The translations under genes and the position numbers were made by a program. From positions 25,763-41,408 of the forward strand of contig JBDZWC010000010.1 in the NCBI GenBank assembly GCA_040256005.1: a stretch of DNA of 15,646 bases. The letters run 5' to 3'. The notes under the pieces were generated by a model, which saw nothing but the letters and a program-made list of their open reading frames with translations, ran no database searches and was not told where the DNA came from. The stretch is from Deinococcaceae bacterium. GTDB lineage: Bacteria; Deinococcota; Deinococci; Deinococcales; Trueperaceae. Shown here piece after piece: positions 7,774 to 14,437 of this stretch. The first letter of the stretch is position 1. Every line of letters begins with the position of its first letter.

Positions 7774-8458
7774 ACGTGATCTTCCCTTCGTACAGCGCCC
7801 GGCCCACGATCGCCCCCTGTAGGCCCAAGGACTCGTACAGGACCAGGTCGTCGTCCGACCCCACCCCGCCACCGGCGTAGAGCGCGCCCGGGAACGCGTC
7901 CCGCACGGCCCGCACCGGCCGGTCGTCGATGCCCTGTAGCGTGCCGTCCCTGGAGACGTCGGTGAAGATGAGCAGCTCCACGCCCGCTTCGTGCATCGCC
8001 CGCGCCAGGTCGGCGGCCGCGACGTCTGTCTCTTCGGTCCAACCGCTCACCGTCACCCGGTCGCCGCGGGCGTCCACCGAGACGACGACACGCCGAGGGC
8101 CGAACCGTTCCAGCAGCTCTCTCACGAGCGCCGGCTCCCGCACCGCTGCCGTCCCCACGACGACGCGAGCGGCGAACTCCAGTCTCGCCGCGGCCTCCGC
8201 GACGCTCCTCACGCCTCCCGCGACCTCGACCTTCGCGTCCACTCCACGGCAGGCGGCGGCGATCGCGAGCTGGTTCGAGCCGGACCCCAGCGCGGCGTCG
8301 AGGTCCACGATGTGGAGCCAGCGCGCCCCTTGCGCGTCGAACCGTCGCGCGGCCTCAAGGGGGTCGGCGTGGTAGACGGTCTCGCGCTTCGGGTCGCCCT
8401 GCAGCAGCCTCACGGCCCGGCCTTGGCGGACGTCAACACAGGGGATGACCTCGAACAT
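7757..8458 (-). CDS. hisA: HisA, ProFAR isomerase (HisA/HisF TIM-barrel family)
   Basis: VIPCVDVRQGRAVRL, HIVDLDAA, GGVRS, VVVGTAA, TDVSRDGTLQG and IVGRALYEG. ATG at 8458, with TAGGCT 9 nt upstream. Confidence 0.92.
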   Translation of the reverse strand: MFEVIPCVDVRQGRAVRLLQGDPKRETVYHADPLEAARRFDAQGARWLHIVDLDAALGSGSNQLAIAAACRGVDAKVEVAGGVRSVAEAAARLEFAARVVVGTAAVREPALVRELLERFGPRRVVVSVDARGDRVTVSGWTEETDVAAADLARAMHEAGVELLIFTDVSRDGTLQGIDDRPVRAVRDAFPGALYAGGGVGSDDDLVLYESLGLQGAIVGRALYEGKITYPRTA

Positions 8459-8566
8459 GCTGCGCAAAGCCTAACGTCAGGGGGCGATTCACGGGACCCC
8501 GGCCCGGAACATGGCGGAGCCACGGACCCGGCGTGGACGTCTGCGCTCCAGGCGGACAGAGACCGT

Positions 8567-9361
8567 CTAGGTCCGGACCTGAACGGCGACGAACTCGTCC
8601 GCGCCGCGCCGTTCGACCAGCTCTCTCACGGGCCTGCCGCGCGCCAGCAGCTCGGGCACGGTGATGAACGTCATCTTCTGCTTGTACTCGCCCAGCACTT
8701 CGTCGAGCGCCGCCAAGAGGGCAGCGCGGTCAGGCTCGTCCTCGGGGGCTGCCGTGTGCAGGGCCTCGTGCATGAGCACGATGGCTCCGGGCCTCAGCGC
8801 CTTGCGCAGGCTGGCGGCCAGCTCGGCCACCGTGTGCTTACGCCAGTCGCCGAGCGTCGCGCTCCACAGCACACACTCCAGGCCGGCCCGCTTCACGGCG
8901 CGAGCCACGCTCAGGTCGTGATGACCGTACGGCGGTCGGAACAGCGGTGCGGCGACGTCGCCGATGGCGGCGTGGCCCCGACGTACCTCGGCGGCGATCT
9001 CGTCCGGGGAGAGCCTCACCAACGACCTGTGCGTGAGCGAATGTGACGCCACGGCGTTGCCCGCCGCGACCATCTGGGCGACGACCTCTGGGTAGCGCTC
9101 GGCGCTCTCCCCGACGACGAAGTGCGTCGCCCGCGCGCCGTGCCTGGACAGCACATCCAGGAGCGCCGGCGTGTACGCGGGGTGCGGCCCGTCGTCGAAC
9201 GTCAGGGCAGCGACGCTGTCCGCTGTACGGACCGACCTGAGGGCACCGTAGAGCCGTCCGAGGACGACCCTGCGCGCCGCCCGGTAGGCGCGGGCCGCCA
9301 GGCCGCTCGGCGCTCTTGGCCGAGTCGAGGGTTCAGCCCGCCCAGACCCGGAAGCGGACAG
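8567..9361 (-). CDS. Polysaccharide deacetylase (CE4/NodB family), start uncertain (probable CTG)
   Basis: Motifs TFDDGP, HSLTH, FRPPYG, DW and IVLMHE. There is no ATG/GTG/TTG in frame between 9607 and the TFDDGP motif. CTG 9361 follows AAGGTG by 8 nt. Confidence 0.85.
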   Translation of the reverse strand: MSASGSGRAEPSTRPRAPSGLAARAYRAARRVVLGRLYGALRSVRTADSVAALTFDDGPHPAYTPALLDVLSRHGARATHFVVGESAERYPEVVAQMVAAGNAVASHSLTHRSLVRLSPDEIAAEVRRGHAAIGDVAAPLFRPPYGHHDLSVARAVKRAGLECVLWSATLGDWRKHTVAELAASLRKALRPGAIVLMHEALHTAAPEDEPDRAALLAALDEVLGEYKQKMTFITVPELLARGRPVRELVERRGADEFVAVQVRT

Positions 9362-10199
9362 AACCCACCCACCTTCCCAGCCGGTTGGCCAGGTTCCGCA
9401 CGTACTTGGCTCTCTCCGAGCGCGAGAACAGCCGGGGGAACGACCTGAGAAGCGAGAACACCGAGAGGACCGTTGCCTTGGGCCCCAGCGGCGGCATGCC
9501 GAACCGCTGGTAGTCGCGTTGTAGCTGAGCGTGAGCCTCCCCGTACCTGAAGGACTGCCGGAAACTGCCGCGCAACGTGGGCCGCAACCGGATGTGAACG
9601 ACGGCATCGGGCTCGAACCAGATCTCGTGACCGCTCAGCTGAACCCGCCACGCGAAGTCGGTGTCCTCCAACACCCGGTAGGCCTCGTTGAAGCCACCCA
9701 CCGACTCGAAGACGTCACTGCGAACGCCCAGCCCGCAGCCGCCCGCGTGTGGCAGGAAGGCTGGCCGCCGGTACGGGATCAACCCTTCCGTCTGCGCCTT
9801 GCGGCCCTGTTGGGCCGCGTGCGGGTTGAGTGCGGTGTACTCGAACCGGGAGGCGACCACCGCGTGGTTCTCGAGCGCGGCGGCCATCGCCTCCAGCCAG
9901 CCGGATCCCACCACGTCATCCGCGTCGACGAAGGCCAACAGGTAGCCCCTCGCGTTGGCTGCTCCCACGTTGCGTGCGTACGCGGCGCCCACCCGGTCAG
10001 AGGCGTCGACGCGGACGACACGGTCGTACCCCGCCACCAACGCCTGCACCCGCTCGGTGACGCCGGATCCCGGCGGCGAGTTGTCCGCGACTATCACCTC
10101 GTAGTCGCGGGTCGTCGACTGGGACAGAAGTGAGCGCAGCTGCTCCTCCAGCTGCGCCGGGTCTCCTCGGAACGGGACTATGACGCTCAACATGGGCAC
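9333..10199 (-). CDS. Glycosyltransferase family 2
   Basis: LSVIVP, EVIVADN, GAAYARNVGA, FVDADD (DxD) and GGFNEAY..EDTDF. GTG 10199 (or ATG 10193) with GAGGT SD at 10213-10209. Confidence 0.9.
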   Translation of the reverse strand: MPMLSVIVPFRGDPAQLEEQLRSLLSQSTTRDYEVIVADNSPPGSGVTERVQALVAGYDRVVRVDASDRVGAAYARNVGAANARGYLLAFVDADDVVGSGWLEAMAAALENHAVVASRFEYTALNPHAAQQGRKAQTEGLIPYRRPAFLPHAGGCGLGVRSDVFESVGGFNEAYRVLEDTDFAWRVQLSGHEIWFEPDAVVHIRLRPTLRGSFRQSFRYGEAHAQLQRDYQRFGMPPLGPKATVLSVFSLLRSFPRLFSRSERAKYVRNLANRLGRWVGSVRFRVWAG

Positions 10200-10227
10200 C
10201 CCTGTGCTACCTCATCCGCTGGCCACC

Positions 10228-10236
10228 AAACTACCA
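10228..10236 (-). promoter_or_regulatory. Putative extended -10 (TGg-TAGTTT) for the GT2-deacetylase pair
   Basis: The minus strand reads TGGTAGTTT 28 nt upstream of the GT2 GTG, followed by an SD. Confidence 0.4.
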
Positions 10237-10365
10237 GCGTCTTCGGGATGCCTGCAGTGGCGACTGCGGTCCTCCGTACGGTACGAGCACCGGCCGCCGG
10301 GTCGCCGCGGCGGACCGCCGCGGCACGGCACGCGGAGCCTGGGCCGGTCAATGCATCAGCCGGCC

Positions 10366-10395
10366 TTGACGAGGGCCGAAGGGAACCCTTACCTT
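10366..10395 (+). promoter_or_regulatory. Sigma-A-type promoter for leaderless yceD: TTGACG-N18-TACCTT
   Basis: -35 TTGACG at 10366-10371, -10 TACCTT at 10390-10395, and ATG 6 nt later (10402) with no SD. Confidence 0.65.
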
Positions 10396-10401
10396 AGCGG
10401 G

Positions 10402-10992
10402 ATGCAGTCTCGCAGGGACGCGATACTCAACCTAGCCTCCCTGCTCCACACCGCTCCCGGCAGCGAATCAGAGGTGGAGGCAGAGGGCCTCCTCGAGCCC
10501 AGCGAAGAGCTGCTGGCCGCCGACGGCCTGACGCTCGACGGGCCGGCCGAGTGGGAGCTCCACGTCATCAACACCGGAGGCGACGACGACTTCGTCGTCA
10601 ACGGCGAGGTGCGGGGCACGGCCGTGCTCGAGTGTCGGCGCTGCCTCACCAGGGTGACCGTGGACCTGGAGACCGACTTCGTGTACCCCATGAACTACAG
10701 GCCATCGGACCGTCCGCTCCGGTTGGAGGAGCTGGAAGAGGCCGACGAAGAGCTGCTCGTGTTCGGTCAGCCCCAGGTGGATTTCGCTCCGCTGCTCACG
10801 GAGCTCCTCGCGATCGAGGTGCCCCTCACCGCCCTCTGCAAGGAGGACTGCCTCGGCCTCAACGAGGAGGGCGTGAACCTCAACGAGCACCCCGAGCTGG
10901 CCGGGCAGCAGCCGAAGCCCAGCGAGGGCCCTGCTAGGATCAAGGGTCTCGACGAGGCCCTCGAGCTGCTCGACAGGAAGACGAGGGCCTGA
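10402..10992 (+). CDS. yceD: DUF177/YceD family protein (23S rRNA accumulation factor-like)
   Basis: ECRRCL and P..LCKEDCLGL motifs, acidic composition, and the canonical position directly upstream of rpmF. Confidence 0.88.
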   Translation: MQSRRDAILNLASLLHTAPGSESEVEAEGLLEPSEELLAADGLTLDGPAEWELHVINTGGDDDFVVNGEVRGTAVLECRRCLTRVTVDLETDFVYPMNYRPSDRPLRLEELEEADEELLVFGQPQVDFAPLLTELLAIEVPLTALCKEDCLGLNEEGVNLNEHPELAGQQPKPSEGPARIKGLDEALELLDRKTRA

Positions 10993-11044
10993 GAAGAGCG
11001 TGAACGAAGTGCCGGGTCCGCCCACGCGCGGGGCCAGGAACTCG

Positions 11045-11081
11045 TAAGCTAACGGGCGGCCCGCTCACGGGCCACCAGGAG
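11045..11081 (+). promoter_or_regulatory. Putative internal rpmF promoter (-10 TAAGCT) with leader hairpin and SD
   Basis: TAAGCT at 11045-11050, hairpin GGCCCG-CTCA-CGGGCC at 11058-11073, and AGGAG at 11077-11081. Confidence 0.45.
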
Positions 11082-11094
11082 AGAGACCAAGTAG

Positions 11095-11280
11095 ATGGCA
11101 AAGCACCCAGTACCCAAGAAGCGCACCTCGCGCGCCAGCCGTGACGCCAGGCGTTCCCACCACGCGTTGAAGGAGCCGGCGCTCGTGGCCTGCCCGCAAT
11201 GCAAGGAGCCCAAGCCGCCTCACGTCGTGTGCCCAGAGTGCGGCTACTACGACGGCCGCCAGGTCTTCGCAGAGGCATAA
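11095..11280 (+). CDS. rpmF: 50S ribosomal protein bL32 (zinc-ribbon, C+ form)
   Basis: MAKHPVPKKRTSRASRDARRSHHAL...CPQC...HVVCPECGYYDGRQV. The N-terminus is the Deinococcus-Thermus type. Confidence 0.97.
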   Translation: MAKHPVPKKRTSRASRDARRSHHALKEPALVACPQCKEPKPPHVVCPECGYYDGRQVFAEA

Positions 11281-11284
11281 CGTC

Positions 11285-12298
11285 ATAGGAAACGTCGGCG
11301 CTAGCGGGCGTAGCGGCACGAGGGCAGGCATCACCCTCCTCGGGGCCTACGCCCCGCCGAACGTGCTCAGCAACCACGACCTCGAGCGGATGATGGACAC
11401 GTCCGACGAGTGGATCACGTCGCGCACCGGCATCAAACGGCGCCACGTGGCCGGCGAGGACGAGTTCACCAGCGACCTGGCGTTCCGGGCGGTGGAGGAC
11501 CTGCTGGCTCGCCACGGCGACGATGCCCTGGCGGGCGTGGACATGGTCATCATCGCGACCAACACGCCGGACGCCCTGTTCCCCGCCACCGCCGCCCTGG
11601 TGCAGGACCGCTTCAAGCTGACCGCCGGGGCGTTCGACCTGCTGGCCGCCTGCCCGGGCTGGATCTACGCCGTGGGCGTGGCGCGCGGGCTGGTGGAGAC
11701 CGGCCAGTGCCGCCGCGTGCTGGCGATCGGCAGCGAGGCCCTCACCAAGATCGTCGACTGGGATGACCGCTCCACCGCCGTGCTGTTCGGCGACGGCGCC
11801 GGCGCCGCGATCATCGAGGCGGTGCCCGAGGAGTTCGGCGTCCGGTCGGTCGTCATGGGCGCAGACGGCTCGGGCGGTGAGCACCTGCATCGCCGGGCGG
11901 TAGGCAAGTGCCTGCCGGGCGGCGTGCCCCTGGCCGAGCACGTCTACATGAACGGCCGCGAGGTCTTCAAGTTCGCCGTGCGCGTGATGACCACCTCCAC
12001 CTTCGAGGCCATCGAGAAGGCCGGGCTGACGCCCGCGGACATCAGCCTCTTCGTCCCCCACCAGGCGAACCTGCGCATCATCGACGCCGCCCGCGAGCGT
12101 CTCGGGCTCGAGCGCGAGCGGGTCGTCGTGACGGTGGACGAGTACGGCAACAACTCCACGGCCAGCATCCCCCTCGCGATGCAGCACGCCCTCGATCAGG
12201 GCCAGATCAGCCCGGGCGACAACCTGTTGCTGGTCTCCTTCGGCGCCGGCCTCACCTGGGCCGCCTCGGTGGTCACGTGGGCGCCGACGCCAGCTTGA
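11285..12298 (+). CDS. fabH: Beta-ketoacyl-ACP synthase III (FabH), start uncertain (ATA 11285 or ACG 11318; first canonical GTG 11363 is internal)
   Basis: AGITLLGAYAPPNVLSNHDLE, DTSDEWITSRTGI, catalytic AACPG, LFGDGAGA, MNGREVFKFAV, HQAN, YGNNS and FGAGLTW. Confidence 0.93.
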   Translation: MGNVGASGRSGTRAGITLLGAYAPPNVLSNHDLERMMDTSDEWITSRTGIKRRHVAGEDEFTSDLAFRAVEDLLARHGDDALAGVDMVIIATNTPDALFPATAALVQDRFKLTAGAFDLLAACPGWIYAVGVARGLVETGQCRRVLAIGSEALTKIVDWDDRSTAVLFGDGAGAAIIEAVPEEFGVRSVVMGADGSGGEHLHRRAVGKCLPGGVPLAEHVYMNGREVFKFAVRVMTTSTFEAIEKAGLTPADISLFVPHQANLRIIDAARERLGLERERVVVTVDEYGNNSTASIPLAMQHALDQGQISPGDNLLLVSFGAGLTWAASVVTWAPTPA

Positions 12299-13236
12299 CG
12301 TCAACGAGAAGAGAGATCGTCGGGGTCTTCCCCGGCCAGGGCTCACAACGCGTCGGCATGGCGCGCGAGCTCTACGACTCCTCGCCGGCCGCCAAGCAGG
12401 TGCTGGACACCGCCGAATCCGCCCTACCCGGCCTGCTAACGCTCATGTGGGAAGGGCCGGAGGAAGAGCTCCGTCTCACTGCGAACCAGCAGCCGGCTCT
12501 CGTCGCGGCCGGAGCGGCCGCCTACGCCGCCTACCTCGAGGCAGGCGGGCCGGTCCCGGCGTACGCCGCGGGCCACAGCCTGGGCGAGTTCACGGCCCTC
12601 GTGGCGGCGGAGGCGCTGGACTTGTCCGACGCCGTGCGGCTGGTGAGGGCGCGCGGGGAGTACATGCAGGACGCCGTGCCCGAGGGCGTGGGCGCCATGG
12701 CCGCCATCCTCAAGGTGGACGCCGCCACGGTCGAGCAGGCGCTGGAGCGGAGCGAGAGCGTAGGCGTCGTCGAGGTCGCCAACTACAACGCGCCGGGCCA
12801 GACGGTGATCTCCGGAGAGGCCGCGGCGGTCGAGGCGGCTTCGGCCGCGCTGAAGGAGGTCGGCGCCCGCGCCATCCCGCTCAAGGTCTCGGCGCCGTTC
12901 CACTGCAGCCTGATGGCGCCGGCAGCCAGGCGACTGGCAGCCGACCTGGCGGACGTGCGTTTCGCGCCGCCGCGGTTCCCCGTCGTGAACAACGTGACGG
13001 CCCGGCCGTTGCCCTCGCCAGAGGCGGCGCCGGAGCTGCTCACGGCGCAGGTCACGGGGAGCGTGCGCTGGGTGGAGACCGTCAACTGGCTGCACGCCGC
13101 GGCCGGCGGCGCCGCCGCGTTCCTGGAGTTCGGCTCCGGTGACGTGCTCACGAACCTGATCAAGCGGACGTTGCCAGGCGTCGTCGTCGCCTCGGTGACG
13201 GACCCGGACAGCCTCGAGGAGGTGCTGACCCTGTGA
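12295..13236 (+). CDS. fabD: Malonyl-CoA:ACP transacylase
   Basis: VFPGQGSQ, QPAL, GHSLGE (catalytic Ser), NYNAPGQTVISG and VSAPFHC. TTG 12295 overlaps the fabH TGA (TTGA). Confidence 0.95.
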   Translation: MTSTRREIVGVFPGQGSQRVGMARELYDSSPAAKQVLDTAESALPGLLTLMWEGPEEELRLTANQQPALVAAGAAAYAAYLEAGGPVPAYAAGHSLGEFTALVAAEALDLSDAVRLVRARGEYMQDAVPEGVGAMAAILKVDAATVEQALERSESVGVVEVANYNAPGQTVISGEAAAVEAASAALKEVGARAIPLKVSAPFHCSLMAPAARRLAADLADVRFAPPRFPVVNNVTARPLPSPEAAPELLTAQVTGSVRWVETVNWLHAAAGGAAAFLEFGSGDVLTNLIKRTLPGVVVASVTDPDSLEEVLTL

Positions 13237-13982
13237 GGGAGGAAGGCGGCCGCACGGCGCTGGTGACTGGATCGAGCCGGGGCATAGGGCGGGAGACCGC
13301 CGCGCTCCTCGGCACGCTCGGCTACAGGGTGGCCGTCCACTACGCCTCGTCGGCGGGCCCGGCGGACGAGGTGGTGGCCGAGCTGCGCGCGGCCGGCTGT
13401 GACGCCGAGGCGTTCCAGGCGGACGTGGCCTCGCCCGAGGCGTGTCAGGAGCTCATCAAGGCCGTGGCCGACCGCTTCGGCGGCCTCGACGTCCTCGTCA
13501 ACAACGCCGGCATCACGCGCGACGGCCTCGCGCTGCGCATGAAGGACGACGACTGGCGCAGCGTCATCGACACGGACCTCTCGGCCGCGTTCTACCTGTC
13601 CCGCACGGCGCTGCGTCACCTGCTCAAGTCATCAGCCGGACGCATCGTCAACGTGAGCTCCGTAGTGGCCCTGAGGGGCAACGCCGGGCAGGCCAACTAC
13701 GTGGCGGCGAAGGCGGGGCTCATCGGCCTGACCAAGGCCCTGGCCCGCGAGTACGGCAGCCGCGGCCTGACCGTCAACGCCGTGGCGCCGGGGTTCATCG
13801 AGTCGGACATGACCGACGCGCTACCGGAAGACGTGCGGGAGCGCTACCTGCAGGAGATACCCGCCGGCCGCTTCGGCAGCACGCGCGACGTCGCGCACGC
13901 CATCGCCTACCTCGCGAGCGAGGCAGCGGGCTACGTCAACGGCCAGACGCTGGCGGTTGACGGTGGCATGGTCATGCCGTAA
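13233..13982 (+). CDS. fabG: 3-oxoacyl-ACP reductase
   Basis: [43 protein letters not shown] and VDGGM. GTGA overlap with fabD and GAGGAGG SD. Confidence 0.95.
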   Translation: MREEGGRTALVTGSSRGIGRETAALLGTLGYRVAVHYASSAGPADEVVAELRAAGCDAEAFQADVASPEACQELIKAVADRFGGLDVLVNNAGITRDGLALRMKDDDWRSVIDTDLSAAFYLSRTALRHLLKSSAGRIVNVSSVVALRGNAGQANYVAAKAGLIGLTKALAREYGSRGLTVNAVAPGFIESDMTDALPEDVRERYLQEIPAGRFGSTRDVAHAIAYLASEAAGYVNGQTLAVDGGMVMP

Positions 13983-13990
13983 TGATTCGG

Positions 13991-14008
13991 GGGCCTTCAG
14001 CAAGGCCC
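13991..14008 (+). terminator. Hairpin immediately after fabG (possible terminator or mRNA-stabilising stem)
   Basis: GGGCCTT-CAGC-AAGGCCC perfect 7-bp stem 8 nt after the stop. No U-tract. Confidence 0.35.
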
Positions 14009-14111
14009 GACGCGCGCGCACGTGGCCGCCGCCCACACCCTCGACGACAGGGGCGGCCGCCCAGGGGCACGTCCGCCCACACGCCAGGCGACACACCGGG
14101 CACAGCGCGAC

Positions 14112-14128
14112 TAGGATGGCTCAGGAGG
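14112..14128 (+). promoter_or_regulatory. Putative acpP -10 (TAGGAT) and strong SD (AGGAGG)
   Basis: TAGGAT at 14112-14117, AGGAGG at 14123-14128, and GTG at 14138. Confidence 0.55.
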
Positions 14129-14137
14129 AAAGTCAAC

Positions 14138-14377
14138 GTGGACGAGCAAGAGATACTCGAGAAGGTCAAGGACATCATCGCCGACAAGCTGGACGCTGAC
14201 TCCGGCGAGGTCACGACGGAATCGCGTTTCCAGGAGGACCTGGGCGCCGACTCCCTCGACGTGGTGGAACTGATCATGGGCCTGGAAGACGAGTTCGGGG
14301 TCGAGATCTCCGACGAAGAGGCCGAGGGCATCCGCACCGTCGGAGACGCCGTCAAGTTCATCGCAGACAAGCAGTAA
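14138..14377 (+). CDS. acpP: Acyl carrier protein
   Basis: 79-aa acidic protein with the [12 protein letters not shown] phosphopantetheine attachment motif and [14 protein letters not shown]. Confidence 0.97.
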   Translation: MDEQEILEKVKDIIADKLDADSGEVTTESRFQEDLGADSLDVVELIMGLEDEFGVEISDEEAEGIRTVGDAVKFIADKQ

Positions 14378-14437
14378 GAGCGAGAAGACTCCCAGGCACA
14401 GCCCGGGGCCGTGCCGTCTAGTACCCTTGCCTACGCT

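Noticed and set aside
8490..8533. Imperfect repeat CACGG(G)ACCC(C)GGC upstream of hisA
   Set aside because: Only two degenerate GC-rich copies, not a CRISPR or REP-like array, and compatible with chance.
10180..10401. Long N-terminal extensions of YceD (from 10180), AcpP (from 13982), GNAT (from 2172) and thioesterase (from 7036)
   Set aside because: ORF-finder longest-start artefacts. Better starts have SD, -10 or overlap support and match family lengths.
11281..11362. Absence of plsX between rpmF and fabH
   Set aside because: Direct rpmF-fabH adjacency is known in Thermus-type clusters, so it is not unusual for this phylum.
11908..12294. 129-aa N-terminal extension of FabD in the ORF track
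   Set aside because: It lies inside fabH in another frame. The real start is TTG 12295 overlapping the fabH stop.
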